64,000 nucleotides of DNA from the NCBI RefSeq assembly GCF_963921235.1, contig NC_086097.1, positions 236,718,001 to 236,782,000 of the forward strand, read 5' to 3'. Source of the stretch: Mobula hypostoma. Lineage: Eukaryota. The translations under genes and the position numbers were made by a program. Within the stretch, counting starts at the first letter, position 1; each line of letters starts with the position of its first letter. Below, piece by piece: positions 25,578 through 36,827 of this stretch. A model generated the notes under the pieces. It saw nothing but the letters and a program-made list of their open reading frames with translations. It was not told the DNA's origin and ran no database searches.

Positions 25578-25670
25578 GTTAGTCCTGACGAAGGGTCTCG
25601 GCCTGAAACGTCGAACTAACTCTTCTTTCAGTTAGTCCTGACGAAGGGTCTCGGCCTGAAACGTCGACTG
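25578..25670 (+). ncRNA. Tandem dimer of minimal type I hammerhead ribozymes; predicted cleavage after C25612 and C25665
   Basis: Two intact CTGACGA-AGG-GTCTCGG-CCT-GAAA-CGTC cores starting at 25585 and 25638. Confidence 0.82.
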
Positions 25671-26397
25671 TACCTCTTCCTAGAGATGCTGCCTGGCCTG
25701 CTGCGTTCACCAGCAACTTTGATGTGTATTTTGAATCAGCAGATGATTCAAAGGAGGTTCATGAAAATGATTCCAGGATTGAATGGTTTGTTATATGAAG
25801 AGCATCTGATGGCTCTGGGCCTGTATTCACTAGAATTCAGAAGAATGGTGGGTGACTTCATTGAAACCTATAAAATGGTAAAAGGCCTTGATAGAGTGGA
25901 TATGGAGAGGATGTTTCCTATGGTGGGAGAGTCTAAGACATAGCTTCAAAGTAGAGGGGCGTCCATTTAGAATGGAGCTGAGGAGGAATCTCTTTAGCCA
26001 GAGGGTGGTGAATCTGTAGAATTCTTTGCCACAGGCAGCTGTGGAGGCCAAATCTTTGTGTATATTTAAGGCAAAGGTTGGTAGATTCTTGATTAGTCAG
26101 GGCATGAAGGGAAAAGGCAAGAGATTGGGGCTGAGAGGAAAATTAAATCAGCCATGATGAAATGACAGAGCAGACTTGATGGGCCAAATGGCCTAATTTT
26201 GGTCCTATATCTTATGGTCTTATAAAGGTGGCATCACTCATGACGGACCCTACCTTGGCCCAATTCTGCTCCTATATCTTTTGGTTTTATGGTCTTATAT
26301 TGACTGACTTTCCAATTACGTCATGATTACTTCTTTCTATTCTAAACAACACTGCATTAAGGTGAGATCAATTCTGCAATAAGGTAAAAAAAACAAG

Positions 26398-26690
26398 TCA
26401 TAGTGTAGTGGTCAGTCAACAGCATCTGGGGTTCAATTCCCACCACTGTCTGTAAGGAGTCTGTACATTTTGCCTATGACCACGTTGGCTTCCTCCACTT
26501 TCCTTCCACTTTCCAAAGACATTCATGTTAGAATTAGTAAGCTTTGAGCATGCTATGGTGTTGCTGGAAACTTGGCGACCTTGCAGTCTACCCCAGCACA
26601 AATTCAGACTGTGTTTGTAGTTGACCCAAAAGATGTATTTAGTTATATGTTTCAATGAGATGTGACAAATAAAGCTAATCTCTTACATCT
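26398..26690 (+). mobile_element. tRNA-derived HE1/V-SINE-like SINE
   Basis: Box A-like GTGTAGTGG, box B GGTTCAATTCC, then CTGTCTGTAAGGAGT and a 3' GTGACAAATAAAGCTAATCT shared with 52650-52962. Confidence 0.7.
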
Positions 26691-27044
26691 TTTTTTAAGC
26701 AGTGATGCATATTTCAAGCAAATGTCAATCAATCAGTTTGACATACATATGTATGAATACATAATGAGAGTAATTCAAAAGAGGTATATTTAGAAGTACT
26801 GTACACAGCCTGCTGAACACCGCCATACCACTGCCATCTTGCACTCTCTAATGAGGTCTTTCACCCACATAAAACATCATACAGTAAAGTTGATACTTAA
26901 ACCAATCATAGATTTTGCTGCATAACCCATTTGTTCCTCCATCCCAAATCCCAAAAATCTGTGTTTTTTAGACTGGTATCAAATCGATCACATTGTGGAG
27001 TACTGGGTAAAGTTGATAATGCGGTGAACAAATTCTGTAAGAAC

Positions 27045-27256
27045 TACTGTCTTCTCCTATCGTTTCGGATCTCCCCCTCACCCTCCCACTTTCATATCTC
27101 TTACAGCTTTCTTTCAGTTAGTCCTGACGAAAGGTCTCGGCCCGAGACATCGACTGTACCTCTTCCTAGAGATGCTGCCTGGCCTGCTGCGTTCACCAGC
27201 AACTTTTATGTGTGTTGCTTGAAATTCCAGCACCTGCAGAGTTCCTCGTGTTTGCG
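27045..27256 (+). mobile_element. Penelope 3'-repeat fragment with a mutated hammerhead (GAGA in place of GAAA)
   Basis: High similarity to about 20240-20448. Confidence 0.85.
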
Positions 27257-28204
27257 GCTATAATTTACAATGTGAGGTAGAACTAGCTTTAGTGCATTGT
27301 AGTTTCAAACAGTACAAAAATGCTACTTGAAGAAAAATTTTGATTGGAAAATCACTTTTACTCACAAAAACCACCAAGAACTCTCTGATTGATCAGGACT
27401 TTAAAACTCACCTGCAACCCAAGCTCCTGGCTAAATTTCCTCAGGGCCTAAGGTACACACACTGGGCCATACAATCCAATTACAACTCCCCACTTTAACG
27501 GCACTTATCTTGACTAACACATAAACATTAATAACCATAATTTGGTATCTGATCCAAGAGAATGAATTCCTGAACTACATTATGTATTTCAAGGAAAACC
27601 TGGACAACAGTCTCCAGCGGACGAAGGAAAACAAATATATTCAGCTGCTCCTCAAGAGCCATGTCATCATCTCCATAATGAACTACTGCCCTAAGGTATC
27701 CATTTCTGATGGCATCAGAGCTATTAAAGTTGCCTCACCTACAGCTGTACAATAGATCGTTAACCCTGACATTGTACTATGATTGCTTCCCCAGTTATAC
27801 AAACGTATATTACTAGAGCAGAATATGTTTTGCATTTGAAGTTATGCAAGGATAAGGGATTAGCTTTATTCACTATATGCTGTACAGTACGTTTACATGC
27901 ATTACAAATTTGCTGTGGTGTGTTGATCAGGGTGCAATATGCAATAAAAAAACAACATTCAACAACTAAAAAGAATTATATAAAGCTTAAAGTACAGATA
28001 TGGAAGAAAATGAACATAGATGCACAATACAAATAGCAGCATATATTTATAATGTAAACAGTATTACAAAAAACGGTTTAAAGTATACACAATACAGCGA
28101 ATACAGTGCAGTAATGGGTGTAATAGATAGGGGGGGATTCTAACTGGAGTAGTTGATTAGATGAGACGAGAAGCTTTCCTGAGGAAAGTAACTTTGAAGA
28201 TGAC

Positions 28205-28493
28205 ATGCAACACACATCAAAGTTGCTGGTGAACGCAGCAGGCCAGGCAGCATCTGTAGGAAGAGGTACAGTCAATGTTTCAGGCCGAGACCCTTCGTCA
28301 GGACTAACTGAAGGAAGAGTTAGTAAGAGATTTGAAAGTGGGAACTAACTCTTTGTTCAGTTAGTCCTGACGAAGGGTCTCGGCCTGAAACGTCGACTGT
28401 ACCTCTTCCTAGAGATGCTGCCTGGCCTGCTGTGTTCACCAGCAACTTTGATGTGTGTTGTTTGAATTTCCAGCATCTGCAGAATCCCTGTTG
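28205..28493. mobile_element. Palindromic Penelope 3'-repeat insertion with a 12-bp TSD
   Basis: TTTGAAGATGAC at 28193-28204 and 28494-28505; same centre junction as 25283-25727. Confidence 0.9.
28362..28399 (+). ncRNA. Intact minimal type I hammerhead motif; predicted cleavage after C28394
   Basis: TAGTC-CTGACGA-AGG-GTCTCGG-CCT-GAAA-CGTC-GACTG. Confidence 0.8.
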
Positions 28494-28539
28494 TTTGAAG
28501 ATGACGTTTTTTTTTTGGCTTTAATAGCTCTCTATTTCA

Positions 28540-28757
28540 AAGGGAAATAGAAAAGGCATGTAGTAAGGGCAATGTTACAATAGTCATAGGAGATTTCAAT
28601 ACGCAGGTAGATTGGGAAAACCAGATTGATGCTGCATCCCAAGAGGGGGAATTTGTAGAATACCTACAAGATGGCTTTTTAGAGCAGCTTGTGGTTGAGC
28701 TCACTAGGGGAAAGGCAATTCTGGATTGGGTGTTATGTAATGAACTAGACTTGATTC
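28540..28757 (+). mobile_element. CR1 endonuclease-domain fragment
   Basis: Translates to ..IVIGDFN..VDWE..EFVEYLQDGFLEQLVVELTRGKAILDWVLCN. Confidence 0.7.
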
Positions 28758-29034
28758 TGAAAGATTCTTTGTTCTGCATTATTTGAGTTATGTCTTTCCC
28801 TTTGGTTAACTCTTGTCTACAAATTTAACGGAATTTTCAGTTATCTGCATTGTACAAAGCCACTGCTCCATTCTGGGTGACATCTTCTTAGAACTTAGTT
28901 CTTTTGTCTCTCCCTTCATTTAATAAACCTCTATCAGCACCTTGTAAGGCATGAAAATGCCCGACGCAGGCCTCTCATGGTCTGAGGCGACATTCCCCTC
29001 TCCCCCCCACCACCATTTGCTTCAGTATTCCTTT

Positions 29035-29845
29035 GTTCAAAGTTCAAAATTCAAAGTAAATTTATTATCAAAGTACATATGTCACCGTATATGTGCAACC
29101 CTGAGATTTTTTTCTTTAAGATAGGCTCAGTAAGTCTATAACAGAATAATTTCCAGAATGGAATCAGTAAAAGAAAACACCAACTTGTGCATTCAACCGG
29201 TGTGTAAAAGACCACAGACTGTGCAAATACAAAAAGAAAGAAATACTAATAATAAGTTAATCAACAATAAATATCAAGAACATGAGATGAAGATTCCTTC
29301 AAAGTGAGTCCAGAGGTTGTGGGAACATTTCAATGCTGGGGCAAGTGAAGTTACCCTTTCTAGTTCAATAGTTTGATGGTTGATGGGTAATATCTGTTCC
29401 TGAACCTGGTGATGTGGGTTCTGAGGCTCCCGTACCTTCTCCTTGATGGCAGCAGTGAGAAGAGAGCATGTCGAGTGTGGTGGGGGTTGCTGATGATGGA
29501 TGCTGCTTTCCTGCAACACTCCACGTAGGTGTGCTCAATGGTGGAGAGGATTCTACCCATGATAGACCATATCCACTACTCTTTGTAGGATCTTCCATTC
29601 AAGGGAATTGGCGATTCCATACCAGGTAGTGATGCAGTCCATCAATATACTCTTCACCGCACATCTACAGAAGTTTGCAAAAGTTTTAGATGTCATGTTG
29701 AATCTTCGCAAACTCCAAAGGAAGTAGAGGTTCTGCTGTGCTTTCTTTGTAGTTGCACCTATGTGCTGGACCCGGGACAGATCCCCTGAAATGATAACAC
29801 CAAGGATTTTAAAGTTGTTGACCCACTCCACCTCTGATCCTCAGT
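29035..29845 (-). mobile_element. Degraded Rex1/Babar-type LINE 3' part
   Basis: KKAQQNLYFLWSLRRF..CAVKSILMDCITTWYG and LFSLLPSRRRYGSLRTHITRFRNRYYP; tail of TTTGAA-type repeats. Confidence 0.8.
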
Positions 29846-31924
29846 CAACACTTCATAAAGCAATTGTGAAGCAACAAGTTTTATGACTCTTTCCTGACTT
29901 CTGAAAGAACCTTGGATTCAAACATCAGAAACCAACAACACATGCAAGTCCTGTAATGATGGTAGTCTTCAGCCGATGACCCTTTCTGCTGTAGTTTTCG
30001 TATATTGTGAGAGGTTGTTGCACCAAGCCAGGCTGATGTAAAGATGCTCTCTATGATGGCAGTGGGCTTTATTGCTGCAACACTAGGAGTCATTTTATTT
30101 TATTTTTATTTTATTTATTTAAAGCAGAACAGGCCCATCTGGCCCAAAGACCCACACAGCCTAGCAAACCACCCATTTACTGTAACCCTTGCCTAATCAC
30201 AGGACAATTTGCAACGACCTACTAATCAGTACATCTTTGCAATGCCAGAAGAAGCCTAGATAAAACGCATACACTGACGGGAAGGATGTACAAAGATTTT
30301 TTTTAATTGTTGTGACACAGCGTGGAACAGGCCCCTCCATCCCTTTGAGCCACCCTGCCCAGCTATTCCCGATTTAACCTTCGCCGAATCACATGACATC
30401 CCAAGACTCCTTACACACAACAGCAAGACGATTTTCAGACAGTGTCGGAGTTGAACTCCACACTTGGATGTGAGGGGTAAATTTTTACTCAGAGAGTGGT
30501 GGATACCTGGAATCTGCCACCTGATATGGTGGTAGAAGCAGATATATAAGAGTGTCAGTCTCTCCCTCTCTCTCAAAATGAAATTGCCCATGGAACCAAA
30601 GATGCACATTAAACGCAGGTAACTGACAGTCATAATGAAGTTTATTTTCTAACAGCTCCAAATACCTGAGTGGTACAGGAATACATGTTTCACTCACTGG
30701 CAAAATTAACTGTATTGATTGATGCATCCTTCAATACTCAGGTGCAATCAACTATGCCCAGGTCTCTGATAAACTTGGAATTGCATACATTTTTATCACA
30801 TGCTCAGATGCTTTTACTGCCTTCCTGGAGAAATGAATGAATATGTCAGTCCTGAGGAGCACTGCATCAGTCATCTCATGAACATTGACAGAGACCAAGG
30901 AACCTTGACTAATGTACCTCTAGGGTCTGGAAGGGCTCAATGGTCAAAGTAGTTAATGAATACTGCAACTTTAAGAACTACAATCAAAGCAGTTGGAGTC
31001 AAAGAGGATGCGGCTTCATATGTAGTCAGCAATTCACAAATATAGTAATTACTTCTCTATTGAGCCTAAATGTCCTTATATGCAGCTTCACAATCACAGC
31101 TAGTGAGTTCATTTGAGCTCTGAGTAGTCATTCCTCAGGGAGCAACCTCCTTTTTATTGATCCTTTCTTATGCTCCTGCTTCATTCATACAAAGTGCATC
31201 TCTTTAGGCAATGGCATCATTGCTGGACAAGATACAAATAAAATTCTGTGAATCTCCTTTAATCAAGGCATTGAAATGTCTATTGCGCAAGTTGTAGAAC
31301 TGTTTTGTTTCATCTTGATAATTAATATAAATTCCATTTTAAAATACTGAACATTATTTAATTTGAGCAGTGTTTTATTTCCTTCCCTGTTAATTGACTC
31401 ATGTGGTGTTTTAAGTTCACTATCAAAAGATTTTACTACTTAATTAAAGCTGAATTTGGAATAAGTGCAGAGAGACACTTAAATACTTGGAAGTACATTG
31501 AACTGATGGATGCTTCTTAACAATATGTAAGTGTTACATTTACTAAGACTAAAACATGCATTCAAAATGGTTGCTTTAAAATATGCATTCAAATTGCTTG
31601 TCCCACATCCAGAGAACACTCAAAGTTACAGTACAAGTTGAAGGGGGTGATAAGGTCCAAGTTGTGTTGACCCTTCATTAGCAAGGACACCGAGTTGGAG
31701 AGCTGTGAGATAATGCTCTTTCATACTCTGGTTACTCCACAGTTGGAATATTGAATTCAGTTCTAGTCACTACACGATAGGAAGATTACAGAAAAACAGG
31801 GTGCAGAGGAAATTTATCAGAATGATGCCTGTGTTGGTGACCATGTCTTAGGAGGATGTGAATTGGAGTGAATTATGATGTGAAGTGACTTGTTAGAGAC
31901 GTATAAGATGATAAGAGGTAGACT

Positions 31925-32487
31925 CTCAGTTGCCACTTTATTAAGAACACCTGTACAACTGCTCAATAATGCAAATATCTAATCAGCCAGTCACGTTGCA
32001 GCAATTGAATGCATAAACACATGAAGACATGGTCAAGGGGTTCAGTTTTTGTTCAGACCAAACATCAAAATGGGGAAGAATAGAGTGTGACCTACATGAC
32101 TTTGATTGTGGAATGATTGTTGGTGCCAGACCAGGTGGGTTTGAGTATCTCAGAAACTGCTAATCTCCTGGGGTGTTCACAAACAACAGTCTCCAGAGTG
32201 TAAGAAGAAACGTGCAAGAAAAAATTGAGTGAGCGGCAGTTCTGTGCTTGAAAACATGTTGTTAATGAGAGAGGTCAGAGGACGATGGCCAGACTGGTTC
32301 AAGCTGACAGGAAGACGACAGTAACTCAAATGACCATGTGTTAGAAACCATGGTCTGCAGAAGAACATCCTTGAATTCACTACATCTCGAGCCTTGAGGT
32401 GGATGGACCACAGTAGCAGAAGACCACAAGCATACAGTCAGTGGTCACTTTATAGATACAGCAGATAATAAAATGGCCACTGAGTGT
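31925..32487 (+). mobile_element. Non-autonomous Tc1/mariner-like element inserted in a degraded CR1 (about 31600-32800)
   Basis: Termini CTCAGTTGCCACTTTATT and AATAAAATGGCCACTGAG. Related copies at about 37100-37310, 37790-37945 and 50911-52435. Confidence 0.7.
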
Positions 32488-32844
32488 CGATCGAGTGGAT
32501 AGCCAGAGACTTTTTCCCAGGGAGGAAATGGCTTAGATGTGGGGACATAATTTAAGGTGATTGGAGGAAACTATAGGGAGGGTTGGCAGTGGGAAGATTT
32601 CACACAGAGATTGGTGGATGAGAGAAACATGCTGCCAGGGGTTATGATAGAGGCAGTTACATGAAGGAATCTCTTAGAAAGGCACATGGATGATAGAAAA
32701 ATGGAAGGCTATGTACGAGGGAATGTTAGATTGATCTTAGATTAAAAGGTTGGCACAGTATTATGTGATGAAGAGCTTGTGTTATGCTGTGATATTCTAT
32801 GTTCATTACTGTCAAGTAACAACCATATCATGTATTCTCCAAGA

Positions 32845-33242
32845 GGACCACAACCTTGTCGTGGTTTGCAGACTTGCATGCCGCAATGACTTGGAGAGCT
32901 ATGTTGGCTGGAGTCAGAGCTTTATGTTTTGGCTATTGGTAGGGTCACTCATGCCAAACAGATCAAAAGGTAGAAAGCTGACTGAGAGGTCCACTAGGTT
33001 TGGGGGTTTAAGTTCAGGGCTAACAACTCTGCCTGGTAAAACAAAATTGTTACTGAAACAGCAATGATGAATCCTGCATCTGAGTGTAATGATATTCCTG
33101 GGTCTTCACCCATGCTTACTTGACTGACGGTAGGAAGAACAAAGAAGAAACCATTGACTTGATGAAGAAAGCCCTCAGCACCATCAGAGATGGTGGACCT
33201 TTGTTACTGCCATAAATCCCAGCAGTGTAATGGGCAACAAAT
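32845..33242 (+). mobile_element. Bipartite non-autonomous RTE-derived retroposon (RTE-like 5' end joined to a 3' end)
   Basis: Head CACAACCTTGTCGTGG..GAGCTATG..GGTAGGGTCACTCATGCC, recognised from memory as RTE-like. A related minus-strand copy lies at about 42838-43085. Confidence 0.5.
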
Positions 33243-33511
33243 ATGAAAAATTATTCTGTAATTATTTTTTGGTATATTTTAGGCTTGGGAAATACAAACC
33301 GAAAGCAAGCACTCCCTATCAAAGATAAAACACCATAATGTAGGTAAAATGTCTCAAGACATTTCAGCACAATCACACGATACATAAGCTTCAAATGCCA
33401 CATGGGGTGGGGGGGGGGGGGACTGATGAATACAAAGTTAGCCAATAGATTTTCTTCAAAGAATAACCTCTTAAAGAAGTATAGGGAAGCAATCAGGTTT
33501 AGAGGGAAATA

Positions 33512-33920
33512 TTGAATTGAACTGATTTTATTTCTTACATCCTTCACATACACGAGGAGTAAAAATCTTTACGTGACGTCTCCGTCGAAATGTGCAGTGT
33601 GCAATCATAGTAATTTATAATAATTTATAATAAATAGAACAGTCAATGTAATATAGAGTACATTCAAGTCAGCATGAGTTTATCAGTCTGATGGCCTGGT
33701 GGAAGAAACTGTCCCGGAGCTTGTTGGTTCTGGCTTTTATGTTGCGGTACCGCTTCCTGGATGGTAGCAGCTGGAATAGATTGTGGTTGGGATGGGTTGG
33801 GTCCCCATTGAACCTACAGGCCATTTTTACACACCTGTCCTTATCCTGAATGATGGGAGCTTCACAACTACAGATGCGCTGGGCTGTCTGCACCACTCTC
33901 TGCAGAGTCCTGTGATTAAG
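33512..33920 (-). mobile_element. Rex1/Babar-type LINE 3' fragment
   Basis: ORF 33669-33896 contains DPTHPNHNLFQLLPSRKRYRNIKARTNKLRDSFFHQAIRLINS; (TTCAA)n tail; flanks AGGGAAATATT and AGGGAAGTATT. Confidence 0.8.
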
Positions 33921-34029
33921 GGAAGTATTCTCTGGAGATTTAGGATTTGATTGCTCGTGCTGGAGTGAATAGTTCTGAGATGAGACAGAATTTAAAGAGT
34001 ACAGTAATCCCTATGGGTGGAGGCAGATG

Positions 34030-34450
34030 GGGAAAGGTTGAATAGGTTAGCACTTCATTCCCTAGAGCACAGAGAAGCAAAGGGAGAGTTGACCGAAGTA
34101 TACAAAATTATGAAGGGTAGGTAAAGGCAAGCAGGCTTTTTCCACCGAGGTTGTGTGAGACTAAAAATAGAGATCTTAGGTTAAGGATGAAACGTGAAAT
34201 TTTAAGGGGAACATGATGGAAATTCCTTCATTCAGAGGATGCTGAGAGTGTGAAATGAGTTGCCACACAAAGTGATGGATGTGAGTTCATTTTCACCACT
34301 CAAAAGGAATTTGGATAGGTACATGGATGGGAGCAGTTTGGAGGGCTATGATCTGGGTACAGGTTTCTGGAATTAAGTAAAGTAATAGTTCAGCATGGAC
34401 AAAATGGGCTGAAGGGCCTGTTTCTGTGCCATAGTGTTCGATGACATAGG
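34030..34450 (+). mobile_element. Degraded CR1 3' fragment
   Basis: Remnant ..ELTEVYKIMKG.. and a 3' UTR GGGCTGAAGGGCCTGTTTCTGTGC. Confidence 0.7.
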
Positions 34451-34863
34451 ACATCTGTGGAGAAATTTGGCAACAAGGAAGGAAATTTTTAAAATTCTGT
34501 GTTGCATAACAAGGACCCACTGTTCATCGAAGAAGCTGATTGGTTGCAGGTGGGTGGTTTGGTGTAAATTAGGTGTTAGGAATGAGAATTTTGGATGACC
34601 TCAATTTAATGGAGAAGGTAATGAAGGAGGTCATCCCAGCATACCTTGAAATAGTCAACTCTAGAAGTAAAAAGGTATGATGAGCAGAAAATGTACTGTG
34701 ATTAAGGCAATGGAAATATGCTGTCCTAATAATTAACTACGTCTGAGATCCAAACGTCACCTCAGGGTTAAAGATGAAAATAGGTTTGCAAACTTGCTGG
34801 TTTCATTTCAGTGACAGAGGATGAATTGAATCAGTGGCAAGGGAATAGGGTTTCAAGTTCAAG

Positions 34864-35675
34864 TTAGATAGATAGATAGATATGCTTCATTAATCCCGAG
34901 GGAAATTTGGTTTTGTTACAGCCGCACCAAACAAGAATAGAGCGTAAATATAGCAATACAAAAAAACCCAAAAATCAAACACCAAAATGCAAACTATGTC
35001 AGATGGAAAATAAGTCCAGGACCAGTCTATTGGCTCAGGGTGTCTGACCCTCCATGGGAGGAGCTGCACGTTCGATGGCCACAGGCAGGAATGACCTCCC
35101 ATGCCGCCAAGTGTTATATCATGGTAGAATGTGGCCGAAGTCCACCAGTAAAAAGTTCAATATCCAGTCTGCAAACACATTCCTCGATCGTAATATACCC
35201 CGGATTGCACCATCCGTTGTTGGCCAGAACAGTAAGCACCCAACTCCTTTACGCTTACCGCTCTCAGTGCACTTCCGGTCAGCTGGAATGGTATTACCCA
35301 CCGAACTCCTCTTCTCCAAAAGTCTCTGTTGTCTCAACCCGGTCCTCTTTCTTCGGCTTTGTGATCCCCCTCTGTGTGTTTTCCTCCGGATTTCAGCAGG
35401 GGTGTCCTCCGCTCTGTTCGCTAAGCCGGCCAGTATTTGCTGGTCCATGGAATACATAATGCGACCTTGCATCTGTCCCACGTGTCGGGATGTAACCATT
35501 TCCAGTGCTAAAAACCCAATTAAAACTCTCTCTACCAGCATGTTAGAGAGGGTGCAGCTTCGACGTGTTACCGTGAGAAAAAAAAATACAAAAAATAACG
35601 TAAATTAAAAAGTAAGAATAGATCGGAACGGCTGTACCAGGCTGCATGCACGACCAGCGCATGCGCACTGTGGCG
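34864..35675 (-). mobile_element. Internally deleted (bipartite) Rex1/Babar-like element: 5' end, ORF N-terminus and 3' tail
   Basis: CpG-rich head, basic peptide PAEIRRKTHRGG..RRKRTG, and 3' end AATTTCCCTCGGGATTAATGAAG followed by (TATC)n. Confidence 0.6.
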
Positions 35676-36703
35676 ATTGAAGTTCAATTATCATTCAAGC
35701 AAACATGATTACAGCTGAACAAAACAGTGTTCCATATAAAACGATGGTTTATAAACTATCATTTGAAAAGTTTTGAATCTGCCTTACACATGCTTAAATT
35801 AATTCATTCATTTATTAATGTGCATTAATTAAGTTATTCACAATGAATACTTTACCCATTGAATCAATTTTAATTAATTAGAATGTGTACACCTACAAAA
35901 AGTAAGCGATGATATTAGTCAAGAAGATAATGGTTCCAGTTGTCATATCATACTTTAAACAAATATAAAGAAAGCAAAGGTCAGCACTTTGTTTATATTA
36001 TAGGGCACAAATAATCCATTCAACTGAAGAGCCACAATGAAGGGTGGCAGACTTGAATCACTAATAGTTTCTATTCAGAGATGCCGCCTGACCTGCTCAG
36101 TGTTCCTACCAATTTCTGTTTTAATCACAGCACAAAACTGCTGCTTAATTGTGGCCCAGCTTTCCATCACAATCATTTATTCCATGTCAGATCCAAGAAC
36201 AGAGCATGGCATTCATTCGAAAGGTCAGTATTCATTTTGAGAGGACCAGAATATAAAAGCAAGAATGTAATGCTGAGGTTTTTTAAGGCATTGGTCAGAC
36301 TGCATTTGGAGTATTGTTGACATACCAGGCTAAGAAAAGATGTGCTGGCATTTAAGGGGGTCCATAGAAGGTTCCCAAGAATAAACCACGGAATGAAGGG
36401 GTTAATGTATAAAGAGCATTTGATGGCTCTGGGATTGTACTCGCTGAAGTTTAGAAGGATGAAGGAGGAGAGATTGCATTGAAACCTACCGAACGTTAAA
36501 AGGCCTAGATAGATCCTTCATCCGAACTGCAAAGAATAGGAGGTATTATCACATTTTTACAGGCTGTAGGTGGGCGGGGGGGGGGGGGGCGGGAAGAATA
36601 GTTTTGGTCCTTTCACTGAAGAAAAAGAATATAGTAACACTGAAGGCAAACTGAAGGAAATTCTTTCCCGAAGAAGAGTGTTGTCCAATCAAGAGAGGCT
36701 GGA

Positions 36704-36827
36704 AAAATCACAATTTTTTTTTCGATCTTTAAGATAATGTCTTTTTTGAGACATTGTAAGTGTTGTCACTTCAATGTACTCGTGTTACTTCTTTTGTAAA
36801 ATATAACAATAAAAAGATTTGAAAAGA
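36704..36827 (+). mobile_element. About 124-bp L1-type 3'-end insertion with a 13-bp TSD
   Basis: AAGAGAGGCTGGA at 36691-36703 and 36828-36840. Ends CAATAAAAAGATTTGAAAAGAA, nearly identical to the terminus of the L1 at 7074. Confidence 0.8.

Larger units (their letters stand above)
25283..25727. mobile_element. Palindromic Penelope-derived insertion with tandem 53-nt hammerhead units (3 on minus, 2 on plus)
   Basis: Inverted arms with an exact 53-nt period; flanking ATT(C/T)TGAATCAG at 25271-25282 and 25728-25739. Confidence 0.9.
25180..26225 (+). mobile_element. Degraded CR1 3' portion interrupted by the hammerhead array
   Basis: LEYCEQFWTP lies before the insertion and QRRFMKMIPGLNGLLYEE..EFRRM lies after it. 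Confidence 0.8.

Noticed and set aside
25381..25670. CRISPR-like repeat array
   Set aside because: The units are contiguous tandem repeats without unique spacers, there are no cas genes, and the context is eukaryotic.
26398..26460. tRNA gene
   Set aside because: The box A/B motifs belong to a SINE head; there is no complete cloverleaf.
27525..27756. Open frame ..IQENEFLNYIMYFKENLD.. as a host exon
   Set aside because: No convincing splice acceptor; it looks more like a highly decayed LINE endonuclease remnant.
30656..30742. Acceptor-like TTTTCTAACAG followed by a candidate exon
   Set aside because: Stops in all frames and a weak donor.
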